Source of the DNA: Myxococcota bacterium | GTDB taxonomy: Bacteria > Myxococcota_A > UBA9160 > JAFDET01 | NCBI GenBank assembly: GCA_028278065.1 | Contig: JANQFA010000095.1 | Location: forward strand, 3,349 to 67,348 | Direction of reading: 5' to 3' | DNA length: 64,000 bases | Shown: positions 1 through 8,000 of the stretch, piece after piece | Numbering within the stretch: the stretch's first letter is position 1 | Layout of the letters: every line of letters begins with the position of its first letter | Position numbers and translations under genes: made by a program | Notes under the pieces: generated by a model | The model's database searches: none | What the model saw: only the letters and a program-made list of their open reading frames with translations | Told to the model about the DNA's origin: nothing

Positions 1-2878
1 TCTCACTTGAGAATCGCCACGACCGTTCGTAGGCGGAGGACCCAAACCGAAAACGTCGGCGATCGCTGACAAGCCACCGATACGCGAGATCGGCCGCGCG
101 CTCGGGTGCAGCCGCGAGGATCATGGCTACCAGGCGTTGACACGTCAGGAGGTCAGACGTCGCCAGTTGTCTGACTTGCGTCTCGAACTGCCGGAAATCG
201 ACGTTCGCCAGCCCTCCGCAGGCGCACGCAACCGCCTCAAGCATGGCTTCCGCGGAGTCGGGCCGAGTTCGATGCAGGCCATCCCCCCAGATGCGGTCCT
301 CAACGAAGGTAGTGCCATCGCCTTCCCCTACTTGTCCCGCGGCAGCCAGCTCTGCGATCGCTGGCACCAGCCGACGCCACACCACCGAGGAGTGAGTGGG
401 CGCCGCTTTCCTAACAACATCAAACTCGACGCCATCGAGCCCGACCAGTTCGCCTCGCCCTGTCCGTTCACCGAAGACGGAATCGGAAGTGTCGTCGGCT
501 GTCAGATGGGCCGCCGTGCTACGCACTGCTACCTCCAGCGCCTCTACGCACCACTCAGGACGGAACTCGGCAAGCTTGCGCCAAGCGATCGAGAAGCGAG
601 ATATCTCTCCGCGGGCCAGTGCGCGTAGTTGCAGCTCGAACATCTCCCTTGAGTCGTGCGCATCGGTGAACGCAACAGCGTTTGCCACTCGCTCGGGCCA
701 AGGTGACGGTTCATTCTCAAGCTCCTTGAGGGCACGCGCCACACGATCGCCACGTTCGCCTGCGAAGCGCCGGCAGATCCAGAGAGCACGATCTTCAGCT
801 TCTTTCGAGCCAGATCCGAGCCATTGCGCAAGGCTCCCGCGCTCGTCCAAGGCATCCAGCCACCCTGCCGATCGGAGCAGCACGAGTTCCTCGATGTGGG
901 CGGTCCACTCTTCGCGAGCTAGGTACCGCAGTACCAGCTCGACCTCGCGGTCCGAAGGCTGAGCTGCGCTACCGAGAACCTGCAACGCCAAGTGCTTGAA
1001 GTGGAATCGAACTCGATCATGTCCGAGGATCGCATCGATCCCTTCCAGGAACTCCCGTGGGTCCTCCTCACGGAGTAGTTCCAGGCCAAGACGCAGTTGC
1101 TCACGACGAAAGAGCGTCTGTTCCTTCTCAAGCAGCCAGCCCGCAAAGGTCGCGCGGCCAGCGTGCGCGGAATCGATGGCACGCCGCGCTACCTGGTAGT
1201 CGAAGTAGCTCTGATGGGCAAAGCGTAGGCGCCTGCCCCCGCGCGCCAGGATCCCCAGTGCTAGAAGCGCCTCCCCGACACGACCCTCGGCGCCAAGAAT
1301 GCTCTCTGGAGCATCTAGACGCTCCTGTGCGCTCATGAAGTCAATCAACCTCCCGATCGCTTCAAGCGCGTGGGCACCTGGCACGCCAAGCTCCTCAAGT
1401 TTCGACAGCCGGTCGTGCCAAAAAGCGCGAAGAAGGTCAGAGGCTGTTGAGAAGTCGCGAGGCCTGGCCCCATCGGCTCCGAGCTTACTCCACAGTGAGA
1501 GTCCCAACGGCGAGGACAGGACGCGCCGCTGAACCCGTGAGAGCGCGTCGTAGTTGCCGCCCAACGTGGCGATCCGCTCCCTGAGTTCATCTTCATCCAG
1601 AGGAGGGACTCTGATCTCCTCGCAATCCTGACCCTTGACCCACGCTCGAACTTGCGGATCGGTCTCCCAGTCGAATCCCCTACAAGCGACTACGACTCGG
1701 ATGTTGTCGAACGCCAACGCGTCTTGGATGACCTCTTTGCAGGCCTCCCACGCCGCTGGGCCGTGGCCGCTGGTCCATCGGATCGCGTCCAGCTGATCGA
1801 GAATGAGGACCGCGGGTCGCTCGCCTGCTAGCGCATGCAGGCAGAGCCCTGGCGATTCCGGCAGATCGCACCCATCGATTCCGAATCGTCTTGCACTTAT
1901 CGAGGGCATCCGCGCATCGAGCCTGATCGGTAGACATCGAACGCCCCGGGCTCTGAGGTCACGGAGTACGCTGAGGAGAACACAGCTCTTCCCAGAGCCA
2001 GCATCTCCGAGGATGGCGACAATCCGGGCACCGCGTTCCTCTTGAAGAACAGCAGCAACGCGGTCGGCGGGCACTCTCCGCAACAGGTCGTCGGCGATCA
2101 GCTCCGGCGCAAGCGACTCATCGAATTCGGAGCAGAGCGCCTCGATCCTGACGGCGAGACTTGCGTCAGCGGCGAGATCACGGCGACGTACGCCGCTGAC
2201 CTTCAGCCTTTTCGAAAGCCATTCATCTGTCAACGGACGCGCCCAAGACGTGCTCTCAGAAATCAGGTCTCTTAGAACCGCAAGGCCTTGAGACGGCTCG
2301 CCTTCGAACAAAAGGCGAGCGAGCGACAAGGGAAGACTCTCTCCCGAGCGCCCAGGCGGGAACACCTCGGCGCTCGAGCGGGTCAACAGGTCGAAGGCCT
2401 CGTCGCGATGCTCTGGGTTCTGAGGATCAAGCCCAAGCGCGGTGCAGAACTGATGGTGGGACTTTCGAGGCCCTTGAGTAGCCTGGACCTGAACACTGAA
2501 GAACCGGCGTGAATCGCCGCCAGCGCCTTGGGCTCGCTCACAGAGCCCACGGAAGTCAGGAGCCGGATCGCCCGATATGAACGCGTAGCGGAAGCTCGAA
2601 TCGCGCCGAAGCTGATCTCTGAGGTGGCGTAGAACGCCCCTACTTCGGAGGTCGGCTACCGACCAGCTCCCTTTGGACGCGTTGCCCCTCTTGCACTGCT
2701 GCGCCTCCTGTTGACCATCGGCGTAGACAACCCACAGATCGACACCTTCTTCAGCTTCGCCGAGGGGCTCGATCTCGACGGACTTCAGGCTACCCGCAAG
2801 TACATGCAGGAGCTGGAGGGCGACCCATGTTCCCTCGAACCGGTTCCCAAGCTTGTCAGCGCGCCCCCCAGGCTCCAC
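1..2878 (-). CDS. PD-(D/E)xK (Cap4/DUF4297-like) nuclease fused to a P-loop STAND-type NTPase with a long helical C-terminal region. Partial: the 3' end runs off the window, with at least 959 codons visible.
   Basis: Absent from the ORF track because no stop is reached before position 1. My hand translation of the minus strand is open from the TAG at 2902-2900 down to nt 1. The start is GTG at 2878, preceded by GGAG with a 7-nt spacer. The N-terminus reads GNRFEGTWVALQLLHVLAG..IEPLGEAEEGVDLWVV..EAQQCK, a D..ExK nuclease core. Walker A is ILGDAGSGKS (nt 2008-1985) and Walker B is VLILDQLD (nt 1810-1787). A winged-helix-like FAHQSYFDYQVAR lies at ~nt 1221-1183. No other minus-strand ORF in this frame appears in the track. 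Confidence 0.75.
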   Translation of the reverse strand, partial: MEPGGRADKLGNRFEGTWVALQLLHVLAGSLKSVEIEPLGEAEEGVDLWVVYADGQQEAQQCKRGNASKGSWSVADLRSRGVLRHLRDQLRRDSSFRYAFISGDPAPDFRGLCERAQGAGGDSRRFFSVQVQATQGPRKSHHQFCTALGLDPQNPEHRDEAFDLLTRSSAEVFPPGRSGESLPLSLARLLFEGEPSQGLAVLRDLISESTSWARPLTDEWLSKRLKVSGVRRRDLAADASLAVRIEALCSEFDESLAPELIADDLLRRVPADRVAAVLQEERGARIVAILGDAGSGKSCVLLSVLRDLRARGVRCLPIRLDARMPSISARRFGIDGCDLPESPGLCLHALAGERPAVLILDQLDAIRWTSGHGPAAWEACKEVIQDALAFDNIRVVVACRGFDWETDPQVRAWVKGQDCEEIRVPPLDEDELRERIATLGGNYDALSRVQRRVLSSPLGLSLWSKLGADGARPRDFSTASDLLRAFWHDRLSKLEELGVPGAHALEAIGRLIDFMSAQERLDAPESILGAEGRVGEALLALGILARGGRRLRFAHQSYFDYQVARRAIDSAHAGRATFAGWLLEKEQTLFRREQLRLGLELLREEDPREFLEGIDAILGHDRVRFHFKHLALQVLGSAAQPSDREVELVLRYLAREEWTAHIEELVLLRSAGWLDALDERGSLAQWLGSGSKEAEDRALWICRRFAGERGDRVARALKELENEPSPWPERVANAVAFTDAHDSREMFELQLRALARGEISRFSIAWRKLAEFRPEWCVEALEVAVRSTAAHLTADDTSDSVFGERTGRGELVGLDGVEFDVVRKAAPTHSSVVWRRLVPAIAELAAAGQVGEGDGTTFVEDRIWGDGLHRTRPDSAEAMLEAVACACGGLANVDFRQFETQVRQLATSDLLTCQRLVAMILAAAPERAADLAYRWLVSDRRRFRFGSSAYERSWRFSSE

Positions 2879-3258
2879 GGTTCCACTCCGCGTGTCGTCC
2901 TAGGCCGACTGTAAGAGACTTGAGAGGAGCTGTCTGCGGCGAAGCAGAGAGCGTCTGCCTCGAACCACGACCGTACAGGCTACTGGAGCTGGCGCGCTCC
3001 CCATCCGCCCGCGCCGATTTGACGACAAGGCGACGGACGCGTTGCATCGCTGCTTCCACGTTGGGCAGGCAATGGCTTTGCCCTCCGAGTCACCCCGGGG
3101 TTGCCACATCGCCACAGCGAGCATCCGTGCAGTCGTTCGCGCGACCCCGCTTGGCTGCGTGAATCAAGCGCTCAGGCATCACCGTGGGCGCATGCGAGCC
3201 GCCCCCTCAGACGGCTTCAGGGAGCGCTAGCTTTCTGTTCACCCCGGATCACGCGTCG

Positions 3259-3738
3259 CTAGGCCGGCCGCATCTTCTCACGGAGAGCCGCGCGAAACTG
3301 AAGCCGCACCGTCTTCGGGCTCTTGAGGTGGTGAGGCTCCCGATTTCGATAGGCCCTAACCTCCGTGTGAGCGTAGTTGTCCCAGTCTGGATCGTGAACC
3401 GGCTCGAAGGAAAAAGTGTCGATCTGTCCCCTGCGTTCCTTCGCCGTCACGACGAACGTGATGTTTCCGGGGATATCGCGCATCCCGAACTTCCAGGCCT
3501 CCCACCTTCGACGGTTGCCAACTATGACGCTTCGGGGCCCGCTGTACTTCGACCGATTTACAGACATATCTGGAAACCGGATCGCCGAGATATTCGGCAA
3601 GCGCTCATACCCATCACCGTCGATCTGATCCGGATCGATAGCGTGGTAGAATTCCTCATCACGTGCGAACCGGCTGTCCGGCCCTCTCCGTCGAAGCCAG
3701 TTAACTGAGGAAGTCGCGAAGTTGATCAATCGCTGCAC
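3259..3738 (-). CDS. Hypothetical protein (159 aa), third gene of a small overlapping three-gene cassette
   Basis: ORF track entry. It overlaps the upstream gene by 29-38 nt (GTG 3738 or TTG 3729). The composition is protein-like, with motifs SVNRSKYSGP and HDPDWDNYAHTEV, plus RNREPH (Rx4H). Third codon positions are AT-rich, unlike the rest of the window. The antisense ORF 3184..3708 looks less protein-like. Confidence 0.6.
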   Translation of the reverse strand: MQRLINFATSSVNWLRRRGPDSRFARDEEFYHAIDPDQIDGDGYERLPNISAIRFPDMSVNRSKYSGPRSVIVGNRRRWEAWKFGMRDIPGNITFVVTAKERRGQIDTFSFEPVHDPDWDNYAHTEVRAYRNREPHHLKSPKTVRLQFRAALREKMRPA

Positions 3739-4213
3739 GCAGCCTGCTCTCTTCGCTCTCGATGCACTCGACGGCAGGCTGGCGCCCCGCTTCGGAGAAG
3801 ACTAGCCCGACCGATCCATCGTTGAGGAACTCGACGGCAGCGTACTTCGAGGGAGCACGGAAGTTAAACGCGACGCCCTCTTCAACGGACGGCGAGATGC
3901 TCCGAGGTCGGAGGTTGGCCGCGAACAGCAGCCGCGTAAAGCACTCGGCAAACAGCAGAGTCCGAGCGCTAGGAGGACTGGCGCCCTGCGTGTCCCAATC
4001 CGGGGGAAGCACAGCCAGTTGTCGCAGCTTGTCGAGCGCAGCCTTCTGCCAGTCGACACCAGGCGCTAGGTCCCGATAGGACGCACTGCCTCGACGAGAA
4101 TCGAAAGACCGAACGCTCAGGATGACATCTCGACGTACGTCCGCGTCGGTCGTCATCTCCGTTAGCGACAACAGCGGCAGGTGGACCTCATGCGTTGCTG
4201 AGGGGCTAGACAC
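3701..4213 (-). CDS. Hypothetical protein (170 aa), middle gene of the cassette
   Basis: ORF track entry. The GTG start at 4213 overlaps the stop of the upstream gene (GTGTCTAG, 8-nt overlap), which suggests translational coupling. It carries the motif LPPDWDTQGASPPSARTLLFAECF. Codon usage is atypical for the window (TCT, TTT, GAT, CGA). Confidence 0.6.
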   Translation of the reverse strand: MSSPSATHEVHLPLLSLTEMTTDADVRRDVILSVRSFDSRRGSASYRDLAPGVDWQKAALDKLRQLAVLPPDWDTQGASPPSARTLLFAECFTRLLFAANLRPRSISPSVEEGVAFNFRAPSKYAAVEFLNDGSVGLVFSEAGRQPAVECIESEESRLRAAIDQLRDFLS

Positions 4214-4556
4214 CGCTATCAGTCCTCGCTGCGTTCAGTTGCTCGATTCTCTTCTCTAGCCAGTCTCTCAACGCGGTGGCCGTCGGGAGACTCAGGATCG
4301 CGGTTACCTCGCACTCACGAACCGGCCCATCGCGACCCAGGCGTTCGTCCGTCAGCTCGTCGCCAACCTGACCGGACGAGACCTCGTGCGTTGTGCGCTG
4401 GGGAATCGGCTGCCGCTCTGCGTAGAGGGTCATCTGGACAAACCCGTGCGGCGTGATGCCGCCGTGAGCACCGTCCACGTGGATCACGCGGTAGTCGGCG
4501 CTCTTGACGAAATGGAAGTTGATCCTCTCGGGGTGGTCAGCCACCTGTTCCTCCAA
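4206..4556 (-). CDS. Hypothetical protein (112-116 aa), first gene of the cassette
   Basis: ORF track entry with a TTG start at 4556. A better start is GTG at 4544, 6 nt after GGAGG. Beta-rich N-terminal half (INFHFVKSADYRVIHVDGAHGGITPHGFVQMTLY) with a C-terminal helix. It is faintly DUF3467-like in layout only, and I make no family call. Confidence 0.6.
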   Translation of the reverse strand: MEEQVADHPERINFHFVKSADYRVIHVDGAHGGITPHGFVQMTLYAERQPIPQRTTHEVSSGQVGDELTDERLGRDGPVRECEVTAILSLPTATALRDWLEKRIEQLNAARTDSGV

Positions 4557-4732
4557 GCCGGCGCGACGGAAGCTCCTTGGGCCACCGCCGATCTGGCTCT
4601 GTCTTTTCCCGCTGTCACGCTACCCCCTCGGGATCGGCGCGACAAAGTCGAAGAAAAAGCGAATAAGAACCCGGTCCCAGGCAAGTCTAGACCTTCTCGT
4701 CCGAGGGGATCTTTGGTGAGTCCCCGAGGGGG

Positions 4733-4984
4733 GGGGCTGTTCAGGATGCGCCTATATCGGAGAGCGCCGTATCTCGCCCAGGGCATCGCTGTGTGGGGGG
4801 GTACCCCCTTTCGACTCTCCTCCGTGGGGGGGCCGTATAGGGCCGTGGGGCCGTGCTGGGTGGGGCTGGGTGGGGCCCTGTGCGGGCCCCTGGGAGCGCG
4901 CAGACGCAAGCTCGCGCTACTTCTTGCCCTTCCGGGATTCTGGCAGTCTTGGGGTCAGGGGTTCGATCCCCCTCAGCTCCACCA
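4733..4984 (+). ncRNA. tmRNA-like (ssrA?) structured RNA with a tRNA-like 3' end. Alternatively, only the last ~30-40 nt are a tmRNA/tRNA 3' fragment left as an island att site.
   Basis: T-arm AGGGG-TTCGATC-CCCCT (4957-4973), then the 3' acceptor strand CAGCTCC (4974-4980), then ACCA (4981-4984). GGGGCTG at 4733-4739 can pair with the acceptor strand, including a G3:U70 wobble, which is the Ala/tmRNA identity pair. The interior is full of G/C-complementary hairpins (GGGGGGGTACCCCC, GGGGCCCTGTGCGGGCCCC, AGCGCG..CGCGCT). A strong terminator hairpin follows. No cloverleaf can be drawn and no canonical tag ORF was found. About 252 nt is short for a tmRNA. Confidence 0.45.
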
Positions 4985-4993
4985 CTCTCTTCG

Positions 4994-5022
4994 CGGGGTT
5001 GGCGAGATGCTCGCCAACCCCG
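4994..5022. terminator. Bidirectional stem-loop terminator
   Basis: A perfect 12-13 bp GC-rich stem, CGGGGTTGGCGAG / CTCGCCAACCCCG, with a 3-nt loop. It lies 10 nt after the CCA end on the plus strand and 7 nt after the TGA of the convergent giant gene on the minus strand. Confidence 0.6.
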
Positions 5023-5028
5023 TCGTTC

Positions 5029-8000
5029 TCAAGGGCCCGTCCGCCGCAGCTTGAAGACTCCGACGTCCTTGTCGATGTAGACGTCGGCACTCGGCGGATC
5101 GTCGTAGCGCATCCCAAAGCAGCTCCCGCCGCCTCCCGGGTGGAACTGAACGTCGTACGTCTGCGCCCCGATCCCGACCGAGGGCTGGAACGCCGGTATC
5201 GGCCGATCGGAATCGGCCCCGACCTCGGCGCCCTTGGCCACCAGGGTCAACTTCGACTTGCCCGGGGTGGTCGCGTCCGAACGGAGCAGGACGGACCGGA
5301 TACCGTCCGCAGCGGCGGCCTTGTCTACGTAGCGGTAGAGCTTGCCCGGGATCACCTTGATCCAGTTGGGCGACCCCGGGGGGATCGCCAGCTGGGTACG
5401 CAGCGCGTCGTCCGCATAGAAGCAGAGCCCCGCGCCGCCGCCCACGGGGTCACCGAACTCGTTGAAGTCCGTAACTCCACCCCGCAGCCACTTGAAGACC
5501 AGCTTCGCGTTGTCGCCGTTGACCCCGCCGTCCGCCGGCTCGAGGCGATCCTGCATGATCGTCAGGTTGAGGGCGTCGGTCCGACAGGTGGCCGGAACGA
5601 GGGGGCACGCGGGTGCGGCGGCGGACGAGCAGTCCGCACTGCACCCATCGCCGTCGATCTGGTTCCCGTCGTCGCAGGTCTCTCCCGCATTGACGATGCC
5701 GTTTCCGCAGGACGGAAGTGTGCAATTGGGATCGCACGCGTCCCCGCCGGCCAGGTTGCCGTCGTCGCACTCCTCCTGGATCTCCACGGCTCCGTTTCCG
5801 CAGGTCTCCAGATCGCAGGCATCACCGACGCCATCCAGATCGGCGTCGGCCTGCTCCACGTTGGGGGCATCCGGGCAGTTGTCCAATGCGTCCGGCACCT
5901 GATCACGATCCCGATCCGCGACGCCCAGGACGGCGATGTCCTCGACGCACGTGGCGTCGGGGTCGCAGCCCTGTTCGGCGGTGGGCTTGTCCAGGTCGCA
6001 GGTGCGCCCGGTGTCTCGAACGCAGCTGCCGATCGTCGCCTCCGGGTCGGGATCGAAGCAGAACTCGCCGGCACCGCACGTACCCGGCGCTCCAGGTGTG
6101 CATGACGCCGTCGTGTCGACCACGCAACGTCCTTCCGTGACGATGACCTGGTCGCTGCCCTCGCCCGGATCGTCCTCACTCGGGGTTTGCAGCGGATCGC
6201 TGCCCGTCCCGTCGTCGGGATCCGTCACCTCGGCCACCGGCCGCGTCTCGCCGGACACCACGTTGTAGACCTGCACCAGGACGTCGTCCTGGTCGCCGTC
6301 TTCGTTGAGATCCTCGCCCTGGTCTCCCTCGAAGGTGAGGAACCGCACGGTTCTGCTGGAAACCCGGTAGGGATTCCGCGGCTCACACTCGGACAGCCGG
6401 CAGGGAGTGACCGCCTGCCCCGTGTTGAGGAGCTGACCGCCGATCATGTCATACACCTGCAGGCCGTCGTCGCAGCAGTCGCCGTCCCCGTTCAGGTCGC
6501 ACTGGGAGATCGCGACGCAGCCCGCAGGCGCGGAGCAGTCCGGGGAAGGAACCGCCGCATCGCAGAAGTCGAGCTCGTGGCTGCGAAACGCCAGGAGATC
6601 CTCTCCCATCACGAACTCCTCGGCGGGCTGGCGGCGCCCGCTGCCATCCTCGATGGGAAGCAGGCTCAGGGCGGCAGCATCGTAGAGCTGCACGTAGCGG
6701 TCGGCGGCATCGCCATCCGAGGTCGCGTCCAGGCCAGCCTGTTCGGCTTCCGGCGTGATGAACGCCACCAGCTCCCCCGAGACGTCGATCGAATCCGCCG
6801 CCTGACCGACGTTGTCCCAGGAAAACGGCGGAGCGTCGATGTTGGCCGAGCACGGCAGGAACGGCGTCACACCCAAGGGAAGGACGTGAAGCACCCGATC
6901 CGATGCGTCCGCGTCGCCGTTCAGGAACGCCCCGCCCGCGTCGGCCTCCGGCACCAGGCCTGCAATGAAGGTGCCGGACATCGCCACGTCGCTGGCCGCG
7001 CACTGCAGGTTCTGGACGCCACCAGCCGTCGCAAGGTGCACCACCTGATCGTCGATGTCGCCATCACCGTTGAAATTCACACCGCCAGGGCACGCGCCCC
7101 CGCCCCCGGCTCCCTCCGGCCGGAGGAACGCCGCGCTCCCCGCCGCGACGGCGACGCGCCCTGCGGGACACAGGTTCGTCACCACCCCAGGTGGCCCCAC
7201 CGTCGTGTCGAGAGACCTCAAGACGGTGTCGTCGAGGTCTCCGTCGAAGCTCAGATCAGCCCCGAAGTCGCTCGGATCCGGACCGCGGACGAACACGTCC
7301 GAATCCATGTTGCCATCGCCCCCGACCAGGTTGGTTGCTCCGCTGTCGAACACGATCGAGCGACCGTCCGAAGCAAAGGGAGGGACGGCCCTCAGAAAGC
7401 TGGCGGCGTCCGCCTCGTTGCCTGCGGTGTCCAGGCTCATTCGTGTCGTGAGTCCGCTCGCGCGGTCGTGAACGAAGACGTCGTTCACGCCGTTGGTGTC
7501 ACCGTCCACGAGGTTGGTCGCGGCGCTGTAGAACGCGATGAACCGGGAGTCCGGAGACAAGTGAGGCGCCTCGCTCTGCCCGTCCGCCTCTTCGCCTGAC
7601 GAGCCCACGCTGATCCGGGTGGTGGCGATCCCGCCCGGCTCATCGAAGACCCCGTTCTCGTCGGCATCGCGATCATGGAGAAAGATGTCCTGCACCGAGT
7701 TGGTGTCGCCCGCCACGAGGTTGTTCGAGTCGTCGCTGAACACCACGAACCGCCCGTCGCCGGAGATCTGCCCGACCGAGCCCTGATCGTTCCCCTGCTC
7801 GCCGGTCGAGCTCACGCTCACCATGATGATCTCGATCTCTCCGGGGTCGTAGCCATCTCCCTCGTCGTCGAAGATCCCGTCTTCGTCGGCATCGCGATCG
7901 TGGACGAACATGTCGAAGAGACCGTCGGTATCGCCGGCGACGAGATTGGTCGCGAAGCTGCTGAACAAGACGTAGCGGCCGTCGTGAGAGACGCCGTGGC

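Noticed and set aside
2900-3124. A 74-codon ORF in the same frame as the nuclease-NTPase, separated from it only by a TAG and 7 codons. This raised the possibility of an N-terminal extension, stop-codon readthrough or a pseudogene.
   Set aside because: The translation (..RGRRSLLRRRQLLSSLLQSA) is not protein-like. The nuclease domain begins right after the GTG at 2878, which has its own GGAG. No evidence requires readthrough.
4893-4984. An ordinary tRNA gene ending at the CCA
   Set aside because: The T-arm and 3' acceptor are fine. However, the nearest candidate 5' strand (GGAGCGC, 4893-4899) pairs at only 5 of 7 positions. No D-arm with GG and no 7-nt anticodon loop can be drawn; the best stem leaves a 13-nt loop.
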